In this document: piece by piece, positions 40,263 through 53,335 of the stretch | Numbering within the stretch: position 1 is the first letter of the stretch | Layout of the letters: each line of letters opens with the position of its first letter | Source: Hemiscyllium ocellatum | Lineage: Eukaryota | Assembly: GCF_020745735.1 (NCBI RefSeq) | Contig: NC_083408.1 | Coordinates: 83,482,484 to 83,546,483, forward strand | Direction: 5' to 3' | Length of the DNA stretch: 64,000 bases | Notes under the pieces: generated by a model | The model's input: only the letters and a program-made list of their open reading frames with translations | Told to the model about the DNA's origin: nothing | The model's database searches: none | Position numbers and translations under genes: made by a program

Positions 40263-41309
40263 TGATCTGCACCCTTGCAAATGAGGCAAGAAAGATCTTG
40301 AGAAACTGATTACCTGGAAGGAAGTGTTAGCTGAATAAATTTGTGAGCTGGGATTCTGTCTTTCTGCCCTTTAGTTTCTTGGCTCGGACCCCTGCTTCAT
40401 TCATTTGGAATGCTATTCAACTTTCAGAAAGGTAGGCAGTCTTCAGTTGAAAATCCATGGGTTTTGGTGAGAGCACTTTAGTTACTTCATTGATGCTCAC
40501 TGCATTGCATTGGCACAATTCTCAGGCCAGGCAATACAAATCAGAAGTAGATGACTTTAGCTTGGAAATCTGGGTTTTCCACTTGTTTAGCAATCTAGGT
40601 GGAGTGACAGTATTGGTAAGCTGACCATGGTTGATAGGAACCAACTTACTATATTGGTGCTGATGCAAGTGGCTAGTATCTTAATATGCCCAAACGTTTG
40701 TCCTCAGTTATAAATATGATTTAGAAGAGCTATACATTTGACTGAGGTCCAGAGTAGGACTTGAATCCAAATCTTTTGGCCTAGAGGCAGAACACTACCA
40801 TTGTACCAGCAGAGCCTCTATCTCTAAATAATTCAATAAGAAAACAGAAAATGTTGAAGTATTTAACATGTCTAGTAACATATCTCTGTTTCTCCATATA
40901 ATATTTCATGTCAATGATTCAAGCTGGTGACTGAGACAGTTACTAATGAAAGAGATGTGACTGTCAATGATACCATATGTTTCTCCAAAACCATCATAGG
41001 TAGGATGCCTTTGTATTACAAGTTTCTACATCTTTTCTGACGATGCAACACTTAGTTCTGAACGAATTTGCTAACTTAGGCTGTGTGGTTAAATCCTAGA
41101 GGAAGGTTGAAACCTGGAAGGTCTGACTTTTTAGTGAGAATGCTATTAATTGATGAAAGTTCGTGGCAAAATGTATTATTTTTGTTAGAAATACAGAGAG
41201 GTGAGGCACAGTCTCCTTTGCTTGCACCTGATAATTTCAGTCCCTTTGAAAGAACAATGAGGATGCGATCCATTCAAGCTGATAGCCTGAAAGGAATGAC
41301 CTAGGGTAT

Positions 41310-41915
41310 CATGGTTTAAAAAGAAGAGGTCGTCCAATTGAGACAGAGACGAGGAACTTTTTTTTTCTCATGGAGAGTTGTGGATGTTTGGAATTCCCCT
41401 CCTCAAAAGGAAGTGAATGAAGAATCATTCAAGATTTTTAAGTCTGTGGCAGATTGATTCTTTATTACCAAGAGGAGATTGATTATCAGGGGCACACATA
41501 GATGCAGCATTCAGATTAAAATTGAAACGGCCGTAATTTTGTTGAATTTTGTGGGTGGCACGGTGGCACACTGGTTAGCACTGCTGCCTCACAGCACCAG
41601 AGACCCGGGTTCAATTCCTGCCTCAGGCAAATGACTGTGTGGAGTTTGCACATTCTCTCCGTGTCTGCGTGGGTTTCCTCCAGGTGCTCCGGTTTCCTCC
41701 CACAGTCCAAAGATGTGCAGGTTAAGTGAATTGGCCAGGTGTTAGGTGCAGGGGTAAATGTAGGGGAATGAGTCTGGGTGGGTGCGTTTCAGCGGGTTGG
41801 TGTGGACTTGTTGGGCCGAAGGACCTGTTTCCACACTGTAAGTAATCTAATCTAATTAATGATGGAGCAGGCTTGAAGGGCTGAATGGTCTACACTTGAT
41901 CATATGTTCACATAT
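41310..41915 (+). mobile_element. Old CR1 3' end, interrupted by a SINE
   Basis: gagagttgtggatgtttggaattc...gatggagcaggcttgaagggctgaatggtctac. Confidence 0.65.
41553..41855 (+). mobile_element. HE1-type V-SINE
   Basis: A/B boxes, V-domain, (taatc)n tail. Confidence 0.92.
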
Positions 41916-42053
41916 TCGTTTGTGATGTTGCATTGCCTCCAGCCGGTTTCAATGCTGCCTGATCCTTTCCCATTGACATAAATCAGACCCTGAGCGAGGA
42001 TGCCTACTGGGAACTTTCTACCAGATGAAGACAGACCAGCAGCTATTGGAAGG

Positions 42054-42379
42054 ATTATGAACAAGGCCAGACCCCCTCAAAACATTTCAAGAAAGTAGCC
42101 CAGACCCTAAGGTTGCTCGTTGTTTTAAGCAGGTGTAAGGTGGATGTTTCAGGAGTGATGCAGCTGGTCAAACCACTTAGTTTTAAACAAAACAGAATTT
42201 ATTTACAAAATTACCAAACAAAACACGAACAAAAGAGAACAGAATGTAGAATAACTTAACCTATCTGAAAACCCAACAGATTATCCCAACTTAATTTTGC
42301 TGTTCCAAATACTTGCAACAAACCTCATCAACACCCCTTGGCAAAAAAAAAAGGTAAAATCAAACATAGGGTCTCACAG

Positions 42380-42410
<31 letters not shown>

Positions 42411-42749
42411 GAGGGATTCAGCATGGAACAACTTCTTCCAGGTAGTTATTCCTTGAATATGCAGCCTCAAAACTGATTGACTGCTTTCAATGAACAGCCA
42501 GACTGCTAAAACCTAAACCAAGCCAAACCAAAGTTAAGCTGAGGTGGGAGAACTGGCCATTCCCCTTTCATTGTACAAGTGTTTTTTTTTAAACTTGAAA
42601 GCCTTTCTCCTGCAGCATTGTCTGCTAGCTATAATCAAACTGGCCCTAAAACCCTTCAAACCTAGAACTTTCGGAATCATTGCTTTTATGACCTCTCCGA
42701 AGAAAAACCAAGGACAGCATAACCTTGTTAAAGGAGCAGCAAAGTCACA
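42054..42749 (-). mobile_element. Probable solo LTR with internal (GA)n
   Basis: Minus strand starts TGTGAC; AATAAA on the minus strand near 42200; LTR-like composition; no clear TSD. Confidence 0.45.
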
Positions 42750-43134
42750 GATGGATGAAGATACCCAAAACATAGGTAAGAAATATTCCCTTCTGGGGCA
42801 GAGATAGCAGGGGTATTTCCTCTGGGGCACACAAGGCAGGTCAATGATTTTCCTGTCCCAGATTCACTGCCTCTGTCCACTCTGCTGCAGGGCAGATCAC
42901 GAAACACTTCATCAAACCTACAAAGAGGGCAGTCAGAGCTATCCAATTTCTGGCAATGTGTACTTGTCTGTACACTCTCCCTGCCCATTCTGTTTAGCTC
43001 ATCACATCGCAGCAATTTAAATGAGGTTGGGATAATTACAAAAGGCCTCCTGTGGCCACTGATGGACAGGAAAATAAGATTTGGAACAGTACTGGCATGA
43101 GGACCACACTGGTGATTTACAATTAACTGTTTAA

Positions 43135-43322
43135 AATTTAACTGTCAAACATCATTATTTAGTGCTTGACAACTTATCTACAAATCAGAGTCTATTTGCC
43201 AATCAATCAACACTCTCTAATGCACTATTAATGTCGGTTTTCCACTGAATTAGTAGTCTTATGAATTGTCCTGATGAGTGTTAAACAAAAGCTTTGATAA
43301 AGTGTTCTTTTCTCAACAATAT
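43135..43322 (+). mobile_element. Old Penelope-like terminus (family E) with decayed hammerhead-like motif
   Basis: Homology to 36495-36590; gtc-ctgatga-gtgttaaac-aaaagcttt-gat at 43268-43298. Confidence 0.4.
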
Positions 43323-45853
43323 TCCAGGTTAACAGTTTGTGTGCTGTATTGTTTCAATGCAGTAGAATTCCCAGAACGCTATTTGAAAGGAAGACTCCTT
43401 TCTGGTTATATTGTCTCAGTCCAGGCATGGTTTATACATTTAAGCACCATAACTGTTACAATAGCAACTATATTGACAAATGCAAGTTAATATTTTGAAC
43501 CGTAGATTGCACAGCAATCAGCCTTTCAAATCTCTTACAGCTTAGTACACCCAATCCCTAAATCCCCCAGCTAGTACAGGGGCTTGTTACATAATACCTG
43601 TATTGGGGCCAGAGGAACATTCACAATCACATTCCTTGTTATTATAGTTAATTGGTCTGACTTTTCTCTGAAAGAGATATCTAATTCCTCCTTCTCAAAA
43701 TGCAAAGTCAGACTAGGAAAAGAAAACATTTCTATTAATAACTGTTTTAGTGATGGGTTTTCCTGAAATAATTGGTGAGGTGGTGAGAAAGTTTTTGTTT
43801 TTAAACCACAATATATTTCATTGCAATGTTGTGATATGGATAAATTCTAGTTTGGATTTGGTTAAAACATTTCAATGTACAGTGGGGTCAATTTTCATCG
43901 GCTCCACTGCTGGAAATAGATTGCTGGCACCTTTAAAATTCTGGGGTAAATCATGCCAAATAAATACCTCCTTACTCTCCATCTGCTAATTTTAAGTGGG
44001 AAAGGATTCTCAGCTGGGGGAGGCAACACAAACGCTTGCTCCACCTCTTTCACTTTCAACCAATCTCCTGGAAGAGGCAAACAAGTAGAAACAAACAGAT
44101 CCAGAGTCAATAAGGGAAGAATATATACTCTCAGCACCTTCTGGCCAGTGAAAGATTGTTGGGTTAAGTATTGCCTGTCAGTATATTTGCTGGTGCTATC
44201 TCTGCCAACTGATAGAATCACTGCAAAGCCAGAATTACATTTTAGAGCATATTATTCCAGAAGTTTGCACTCGAAGCAAGGTTCTGCTAGTTAGTAAACT
44301 AAGGGTCTGATAATGGAAGCAGCACTCTGATTACCATTTAAGGATACTACCGGCCACAGCATTTACTATACATACACTTCATAGTCTCAGCAGGCAACCA
44401 GCCAAGCAGGAGACCAGCATGTGAGATTTTGTTTAATTTTGTAGAACTGAGAGATTAGGAATCCTGCTCCAGAATAACAGCTGGGTCTGTTGCTAATCCA
44501 AGATGACTACTAACTCCCTTCTGAAAAAGGAATTACCCAAACTCTAGGAAGATCAAACACTGAACTGACTGTGGCCAACCCATTGAACTAGAACCAGACA
44601 AGCTCCTTGACTGACTGGTGGTATCCTGATTGAGCACAGTCCCTCTGGACTCCACAAAAGGCTGTCCCCTTTGACTTTCAGATATTGCCATTTGGTTGAA
44701 ATACATTTCATGTGCTTGCTGTATAAACTGCTGACACATGTTATATGTGTAGTATTGGCATAGCACAGTGCTAAGCAGTGACATATCCACCCTGTTGACT
44801 ATTCAGTACTCCTAACCATGTCAGGTTGCATTCCTCATTCTCTGCAATTTAAAAAAAAGCAATGCATGCTACAAAGATTGGCAGTCTTCAAATAAGCGTA
44901 AAGTGAATAATCAGTAAGAAATGAAGATAAGAGCCATAAGTTGCATTCTTTTTTGATGCATATGTCCCTTTGTGCCTGGCAGAAACAGACAAGTTATAAG
45001 TATCCATGATCTCCAAAGTAAAATCTGAGGGGTTGAATTGGTATGAGAGTTAGACCAAGAATATTCATGATGATGCAGTGAAGCTAGTGGTTCACTGTTG
45101 CTGGCTTGCATGGTTGAAGGGCGAAGGAGGACGGTGTCCATTAATCATGCAGGGACATTGAGATGAAGACAAAAGTAAGCTGAAGACCCAGTAAAGTATT
45201 GTAATGAACTGCAGTTGCTTGTAAACTGCTCTGACTTCCATGTTGGAGAAACAGTGCCATCTAATTTCTTGAGGAAGGAGAGGAGAATTGGAAGTGACAG
45301 AAATGATGAGAGTTCAAGATGCACAATAATAACATGGTTATTGCTTAAGATTGTAAAGTTGCTGTTTGAAGTTTAAAGGAAAATGCTGGAATTATTTTCT
45401 TGATATTGAGACTCTGACTGTATTTTTCCTTCTTGCTGCATTTCTCCAACTTACTTTGCGTTGTTTATGTTGCTCTAGAAACTGGTAAATTCCACCCAGT
45501 ACAGTTTCTGACCTGACTGATTTTGTTGCCAAGTCCTCAAGACTTTAGAACTCCTGATCTCTCTCAATCTTTCTTTCCTGTTACGATCTTAATGCTTTGA
45601 TGAGCCAAATTGATATTTCCCAACTTACCTTATAACCAGGTAGGGCTTATAATTACGGGTATTAGTTTTACTTGTTCAGAATAAATACTAGGCCCCAAGT
45701 GGAATGAATATTAATAATAGATTTTTGAAACCAACCATTTATGCCAGGAGGGTTATATTTGCCCAGGAAATATAAACTCTGTTGTGGCTTGATAGTTTTT
45801 ATGCCTCTATGCATAATACATGATGTTAATTATGGATTGCCCTCAGAATTAGA

Positions 45854-46160
45854 GGGCAGTACGGTGGCACAGTGGTCAGCATTGCTGCCTCACAGCGCCA
45901 GAGACCCGGGTTCAATTCCCACCTCAGGTGACTGTCTGTGTGGAGTTTGCACATTCTCCCAGTGTCTGCGTGGGTTTCCTCCAGGTACTCCCGTTTTCTC
46001 CCACAGTCCAAAACTGTGCAGGTTAGGTGAATTGGCCATGCTAAATTGCCCGCAGTGTTAGAGGAATGGGTCTGGGTGGGTTGCGCTTCAGTGAGTCAGT
46101 GTGAACTTGTTGGGCCGAAGGGCCTGTTTCCACACTGTAAGTAATGTAATCTAATCTAAT
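45854..46160 (+). mobile_element. HE1-type V-SINE
   Basis: A/B boxes, V-domain, (taatc)n tail. Confidence 0.92.
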
Positions 46161-46348
46161 TCCAAGCAAGGAATTACACAAAAACCTCACGTACTTTGAT
46201 AAGCATGAACAAAATGAGGGGTGTTATCATTATTAGGATGCCATTGACTGAGCTTGTGGTAAAAGTTAGATGATTAAACATTGCTAAATGTAATTATTAT
46301 CTTTAGGGAACAAATGGACAGCTCCAGCTAGACTTTAAAATAATATAT

Positions 46349-48795
46349 GCAAAAGTGAGGACTGGAGATCAGAGTCCAGATTAGAGTGGTGCTGGAAAAG
46401 CACAGCAGGTCAGGCAGCATCTGAGAAGCAGGAAAATTGACGTTTCGGGGAAAAGCCCTTCATCAGGAATGAAGGGACGGAGCCTCTGGGGTGGAGAGTT
46501 AAATGGGAGGGGGGGTGGGCCTGGGGAGAAGGTAGCCAAGAGGGCAATAGGTGGATAGAGGTGGGGATGAAGGTGATAGGTCAGAGAGGAGGGTGGAGCG
46601 GATCGGTGGGAAGGAAGATAGGCAGGTAGGACAGGTCATGAGGATGGTGCTGAGCTGGAAGGTTGGACTGGGGTAAGGTGGGGGAGAGGAAATGAGAAAA
46701 CTGGTGAAGTCCACATTGATGCCCTGGGGTTGAAGTATTCCGAGGAGGAAGATGAGGCGTTCTTCATCCAGGCGTCAGGTGGTGAGGGAGCGGTGGTGAA
46801 GGAGGCCCAGGACCTGCATATCCTCAGCAGAGTGGAAGGGGGAGTTGAAAGTTGGGCCACTGGGCGGTGCAGTTGATTGGTGAGGGTGTTTCAGAGATGT
46901 TCCCTAAAGTGCTCTGCAGGTAGGCGTCCAGTCTCCCCAATGTAGAGGAGACTGCATCGGGAGCAACGGATACAATAAATGACATTGGTGGATGTGCAGG
47001 TAAAACTTTGATAAATATGGAAGGCTCCTTTGGGCCCTTGGATGGAGGTGAGGGAGGTGGTGTGGACGCAGGTTTTGCAATTCCTGCGGTGGCAAGGGAA
47101 GATGCCAGGAGGGTGTGGACCTGACCAGGTAGTCATGGAGGGAACGGTCTTTGTGGAAAGTGGAAAGGGATAGGACGAGAAATATATCTCTGGTGGTGGG
47201 GTCCGTTTGGAGGTGATGGAAATGTCAGTGGATGATGCAGTTTATGCGAAGTTTGGTAGGTTGGAAGGTGAGGACCAGGGGGGTTCTGTCTTTGTTATGG
47301 TTGGAGGAGTGGGATTTGATTGTGGAGGTGCAGGATGTGGATGATATGCGTTGGAGGGCATCTTTAACCACATGGGAAGGGAAATTGCGGTCTCTAAAGA
47401 AGGAGGCCATCTGGTGTGTTCCGTCGTGGAACTGATCCTCCTGGGAGCAGATACGGCAAAGGCAGAGGAATTGGGAATATGGGATGAAATTTTGCAGGAG
47501 GTAGGGTGGGAAGAGGTGTAATCCAGGTAGCTGCGGGAGTCGGTGGGTTTGTAAAAACTGTCAGTGTTAAGCTAGTCGTCATCGATGGAGATGGAGAGGT
47601 CCAAGAAGGGGAGAGAGGTGTCAGAGATGGTCCAGGTGATTTGAAGGTCAGTGTGGAATGCGTTGGTGAAGTTGATGAACTGCTCGACCTCCTTGTGGGA
47701 GCACGATTTGGCGCCAACGCAGTCATCAATGTAGCGAAGGAAAGGGTGGGGAGTGGTGCTGGTGTAACTATGGATGATGGACTGTTCTAAGTAGCCGACA
47801 AAGAGACAGACATAGCTGGGGCCAATATGGGTGCCCATGGCTACCCCTTTGGTCTGGAGGAAGTGAGAGGATTCAAGGGAGAAATTGTTAAGGGTGGGGA
47901 CCAGTTCAGAGGAAGGGTACTGTTGGGGACATCGAGAGAGGAAGAAATGGAAGGCTTGGAGGCCCTGTTCATGGCGGATGGAGGTGTAGAGGGATTGGAT
48001 GTCCATGGTGAAGTTGAGGTGTTGGGTGCCGGGGAAACAGAAATCTTGGAGGAGGTGAAGGGTATGGGCGGTGTCTCAAATGTATGTGGGGAGTTCATGG
48101 AAAAGGAGGGATAGGACAGTGTCAAGGTAGGTGGAGATGTGTTCAGTGGGGCAGAAGCAGGCTGAGACAATGGGTCGGCCAGGGTGGTCAGGCTTGAGGA
48201 TCTTGGGAAGGAGGTTGAATTGGACACTACGGAGTTCCTGGACTACGAGGTTGGAAGCTGTGGGTGGGAGATGTCCTGAAGTGATGAGGTTGTGTATGGT
48301 CTGGGAGATGATGGTTTGATGGGGGGGGTGGGGTCATGGTCGATGGGGCGATAGGAGGAGGTGTCTTCGAGTTGGTGTCTGGCTTCAACGGTGTGGAGGT
48401 CAGTGTGCCAAATTAGCACTGCACCTCATTTATCTGTTGGCTTGATGTTGAGGTTGGGATTGGAGCAGATGGAATATAGGGCTGTGCATTGTGAGGATGA
48501 GAAGTTGGAGTGGGGGAGGGGGGTTAGACAAGTTGAGGCTGTTAATGTTTCTTCGGCAGTTGGAAATGAAGAGGTTGAGGGTGGGTAATAGGCCAGCACG
48601 GGGTGTCCAGGTGGATGGAGTGTGTTGGAGGCGAGTGAAGGGGTCCTCAGGGGGGTGGGCAGGAGTCCTGATTGAAAACATAAGCTTGGAGGCGGAGGCA
48701 GTGGAAGAAGTGTTCTACGTCACAACGCGTTTTGAATTCATTGATGTGTGGATGGAGGGGGACAAAGGTAAGGCCTTTGCTGAGGACTGATCGTC
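46349..48795 (-). mobile_element. Neptune-type Penelope-like element, family B (decayed RT, Cys-rich linker, GIY-YIG, pLTR)
   Basis: SVLSKGLTFVP, MDIQSLYTSI, KGVAMGT, FLRYIDDC, FPCHRRNCKTC, NVIYCIRCSRCSLLYIGETGR; homologous to 12138-14375. Confidence 0.95.
46436..46470 (-). ncRNA. Minimal hammerhead ribozyme in the pLTR (core intact, stems partly decayed)
   Basis: AUUC-CUGAUGA-A-GGG-CUUUUC-CCC-GAAACGUC-AAU. Confidence 0.65.
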
Positions 48796-49825
48796 TGTAC
48801 AAATTAGTGAACCGTACTGCAGCACTAAGGTTTGTATGACACAAAGGGCTATTAAGAGCATGGAGAGTGAAAATTTCTTCTTCCAATAATAGCAGTCAGC
48901 ACTATGACAAGATGGATTTGCTTTTTTTTACTTGCATTAATATTTTAGTAAAATTATTGAGAAGAGCAATTTTAGTAATAATTTTGAGTTTTAGTAGTGA
49001 TAGTCCAAAGGACATCTGCAGCCAATTGAAGTAAATAGCATTTCTTTTATATAGAGGAACCTGTTCTGAAAAATAAATAAAATGGTACGGACCTGCATTC
49101 CTATCACATCTTCAGATTCCTAAACATCCACTGCTCACTTATTAGTAGTTCTGGACACTTGAAATGAGAACTTTTTTTCCTATTTTTGCCCACATATGCT
49201 CTACGTGCATTCTGTCAATCATGTATATTGCTTTGGAATGTATTGAATTGAATGATTTTGTGGGTTCAACTGGGACACGGGGGCTGCTGTTTACAAGACA
49301 CTGCATGGCCTCCTCAAGCTTCGAAATCATAAGCAAGAAGCAGGTGAGGATTTTTGAGTAGATGTATGGAGACTGTCTTATTCAGCAAGGAAAAGCAAGA
49401 TGGTCCAGTCGCCGTATCCCAAGCAGGGGTGGAATAGCTGCATCAGGTAGCTCCAAAGACATTGGCTTAAAATTGGAGCATTTATCTTGAAGTGATGCCT
49501 GCGATGACATCTTTTCCTATTAAGATTCAATGCTCAACATTCAAATCTCTTAACCTATGCCAGTTGTGTAAAAGTGGAATAAACTTTGGGATCTATTGAA
49601 ATACATTGGAGACAACATTTGACAACCACAAAGCAAGCAGTGGAATTGAGCTGCACATTAATGTCTTCTGTTACTTCTGATGCCATCAGCACACAAATTC
49701 CGTATTAATTGCTTATTTAAATGCTTTTAGCTTGCAGCTCATGATAAATGCACAGTTGAGGGTCTGCGTGCACAAATAGGGGTCTGCAAGATCTTGTGAG
49801 GAATGGCACCATTTAAAAGTAGGAA

Positions 49826-49900
49826 GCATCAAGGTTGTCAGACGTTGTACTGAAGATGTTAGTACAGGAGGTGAAAAGGAAGAGAAGTGAACTTTATCCA
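49826..49900 (+). mobile_element. Harbinger-type Myb/SANT-like accessory gene remnant
   Basis: ASRLSDVVLKMLVQEVKRKRSELYP resembles the APRFSD..LE.L...V..RR..LYP N-terminus recalled for this family. Confidence 0.4.
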
Positions 49901-50593
49901 TATTGTGCTTCTAGACATAATCACAGTGGCACTACAGGCCTACTGCCTGACCCATTGTGCCAAGAAACATCCTCAATGATGGGGAAGCCTAGAATAGCAA
50001 CACAAAGGATAGGGCTGAAGCATTCACAACTAATCTTTTAGCCAGAAGTGCTGTGTGAACACACGAGAAGCATCACAATAACCTTCATGTTCACCTACCA
50101 ATAATCTCTCTATTTCAATTCATTCCGAGTATTCATAGCTCAACCTCATCTATTTATCATTGCTAAAAGTCTCACACCACATTATACTGCATGTGCAACC
50201 TGTCAGTTATTCAACCATGACAACCAGATCATTCATTCTCATGCACACTTGCTTTTCTCTTGAAAGAAAAGGTGCTGCCTTAACACGATGGGCATATGGA
50301 TGCAAATGGAATAGTGTAGGCTAGCTGGAATTCAGATTGGTTCCACAGATCAGAGCAACATCGAGAGCTGAATGTTCTATGTTCTAACAGCTGAATTCAA
50401 CTGGTAAATATGAGGCATGCCTTCATGTCATTGTATCCATGGAGAAGCAGACACAGCTCTTGCTTTTCTTGCCATTTCTTTAAGCAACTTTAGTTTTGTG
50501 CACTCTTCTTTCAGATCTTTGAACTGTCAGGTAATAGTAGATGAGAAAGAATTGCTTGTGCAGAGGACAGTGATGAACAAGGTACAATATTCT

Positions 50594-50692
50594 GAAAAAT
50601 GTGTTGCTGGAAAAACGCAGCAGGTCAGGCAGCATCTAAGGAGCAGGAGAACCGACGTTTCGGGCTTATGCATCTGCAGTCCTCACTTCCTC
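50594..50692. mobile_element. Penelope family B mini-insertion (inverted body plus sense tail)
   Basis: Junction at hammerhead stem II; TSD caaggtacaat(a/g)ttct at 50578-50593 and 50693-50708. Confidence 0.85.
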
Positions 50693-50954
50693 CAAGGTAC
50701 AATGTTCTCCATTCTTACACACACAGTGCTAGTTACTGACATTGATAACTAACAACAGGAGGAGGCTCCACAAATGTCCGCATCCTTGATAGGAGAACCT
50801 AGAATATCAATGCAAAGCATAAGGCTGGAGCATTGCAACAATTTGTTAGCTAGAAATGTCATGTGAATGATCTATCCTTACCTTCTCCAGTGGTCCCTAG
50901 CATCACACATACCAACTTTCAGCCAATTTGATTCACTCCATGTGTTACGGCAGT

Positions 50955-51252
50955 GGGCGACACAGTGGCTCAGTGGTTAGCACTGCAGCCTCACAGCACC
51001 AGGGACCTGGGTTTGATTCCAGCCTCGGGCAACTGTCTGTGTGGAGTTTTCACATTCTCCCCGTGGCTGCGTGGGTTTCCTCCAGGTGCTCCAGTTTCCT
51101 CCCACAGTCCAAAGATGCGCAGGTTATGTGGATTGGTCAAGCTAAATTGCTCATAGTGTTAGGTGCATTAGTCAGGGGAAATGTAGAGAATTAAGGGAAT
51201 GAGTCTGGATGGGTTACTCTTCGGAGGGTTGGTGTGGAGTTGCTGGGTTTCT
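50955..51252 (+). mobile_element. HE1-type V-SINE
   Basis: tRNA-like head and V-domain. Confidence 0.88.
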
Positions 51253-51387
51253 ACGTAATATCAATATACTACTGAAGACACGGATAGTACAAAAGTTACG
51301 AACCCTGACAACATTCTGGCAATTGTACTGAAAACTTGTTCTCCAGATCTAGCCATATAGTTTCAACACTAATACTTACCCAGCAGT

Positions 51388-52117
51388 GCTTTGGTAACAT
51401 GGTGGTGGAGTAGGGCTTCTCCAGGACTGGTCCGCTCCCCATCTGCTCTTCTTTTTATTTCATTTCTTTATTTTTTTTCCTCTCTTCTCTTTGTTTCTTT
51501 CTTTTTCCCTCTTTTGCTTTACGTGTCTCTTATTGAAGAGCTCAGTCATGACACCAGCATTGGTAGTGGTAAGTAGGCCCAGGCCAGACATGTGGCAGTC
51601 ACTGAGTGGCCCTGTATGGACTCATGGTGGTGTTTTGGAGGAGTGTTTGGGTTCCCAAAGGCTTCTGCATTGGTGAGGCAGTTCCAGGGCCTGATAATGG
51701 CTGCTGCGGGGGGGGATGAGTTTGGGCCCAGTATGAGACCCTGTAGCAACAGTAGCGGCTGTATTGTTGATGTGGGCCAGGAGTGGATGCATGGCAGGGG
51801 CAGAGTCAGGTTTGGGTCAGTGCGGTACCTGCGGTATCAATGGCATCTGCATTGGCAAGGTCCAGCATGGACTCATTAGTGGCAAGGACATCCATGGAGG
51901 TGAGATGGCACTAAAGGGTGGCTAATGCCATGACGGAGCACTTAACAAGAAGGAATGTAAAGTTAAACACACTTTCTTTGTTTCTTTATTCTTCTGTCTT
52001 TTATATTCTGTGTTTGGTTCATTTTTCAGTGTTATAAGATGTTGCTAGAGAATGGCAATAATACAACACGCCTCACTATGTTTTGTAACTCAATAGCTGT
52101 GATAATAAATAAATCAG
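51388..52117 (+). mobile_element. Non-coding retroposon-like insertion
   Basis: Splits the host LINE between acccagcagt and gtggaaaattgcccag; ends gtgataataaataaatca. Confidence 0.6.
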
Positions 52118-53169
52118 AGTGGAAAATTGCCCAGATATTTTGTACGTAAAAATCAGGACAAATCTCTGTCAATTACCGCCCTGTCAGTCTACTCTCAATC
52201 ATCAACAATGTGATGGAAGTGGTTATCAACAATCAATAAGCAGCAGATGTAAAGGAATGTCCTGCTCACTGACAGAGTTTGGGTTCCACCAGGGTGACAC
52301 AGCTTCTGGCCTCAGTATGTCCTTGTCCAAACCTGGATGAAAGGAACTAAACCCCAGAAATGATGCAAAAATGACTGCCCTTGACATCAAGGTGGAATAT
52401 GACTGAGTATGGCATCAAGGAGCTTTAGTAAAACAGAAGCCAATGGGAATCACAGGGAAGCTCACCACTGGTTAGAGACACCCTTGGCACACAGGAAGAT
52501 AGTCCACATGCCAAATTTCAAAATTTTACAAAAGTTTGTACATTTTAAGATAACTTAGAATGTTATCTGCATGTTGTGAGACAAAAGGAACCAGTGAGAT
52601 GCAGCTAGGGCAGGGGTCAAAGATAACACACATGCCAGTTCACTGGAGGGTAAAGTTGCAAACGAGTTCTGCTACTGAAGACTAAAGTAATGCATTGACA
52701 GTCCTGTTGAAAAGCCTGCAGACAAGGTCAAGGCTGGCATTAACTTGGCACAGGATTTTGCATAGATCTGGGGGCCCATCTTTCCAAATGCTAGGAAATG
52801 GCTAACTCATGAGGGCACTTTTGGAATCAGCTGTGATAATGCATCTGAAAACTGATGGCTGAGCTTTCACTGCAAGTCAGATTCCAGCCACCCAATCTCT
52901 GTGTGTTGCAAAGACAGCTTGCAGGCTTAGACCGCATCCATCATTGCCGAGGACACCAGCGCTTTAACAAGACTTGCCGGGTTTTGCAGCAGTCCAACAA
53001 CCTGTCCTCTAAAATATTGCTCAGATTGCTAAAGACCCACCCCAGGGAGGGAAAGTGCCTCTGTGGGACTGAAACGTGCTGTCGTTTCTCCTTTCCCTTC
53101 TGCCAGCCCACCAGAGTCCTTGGTGTTTTCAGTGAAGTAGACAGGCCACATTATGCTGCTTATACTGAA

Positions 53170-53335
53170 GTGTTTCAGCCTGTGGCTCAGCTTCTGGATA
53201 TATAAAGTTTCATAACTCAAGTCCCCATCACTGGCACTGGTAATGCTGTTCTCATCCTGTCCTAAAGCTGCAGCTTTGTCTGCAACAGGTGACTGATTTC
53301 TTTGAGGAGCTCTTTAATGAACCTGACACATCTGA
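53170..53335 (-). mobile_element. Harbinger (HARBI1-like) transposase remnant
   Basis: Minus-strand translation CVRFIKELLKEISHLLQTKLQL*DRMRTALPVPVMGT*VMKLYISRS matches the RF.KE...EICHLL..L....TALPV..KVT.AL.FY..GS pattern. Confidence 0.6.

Larger units (their letters stand above)
50720..52505 (+). mobile_element. Old LINE ORF2 fragment with two nested insertions
   Basis: PDNILAIVLKTCSPDLA...WKIAQ...NYRPVSLLSII...TALDIK..YD.VWHQGAL motifs. Confidence 0.7.

Noticed and set aside
45067-45183. C/D snoRNA (ATGATGA ... CTGA)
   Set aside because: No terminal stem and no identifiable guide sequence
7382-51252. tRNA genes at the GGTTCAATTCC boxes
   Set aside because: All are HE1 SINE heads followed by the V-domain and a LINE-derived tail
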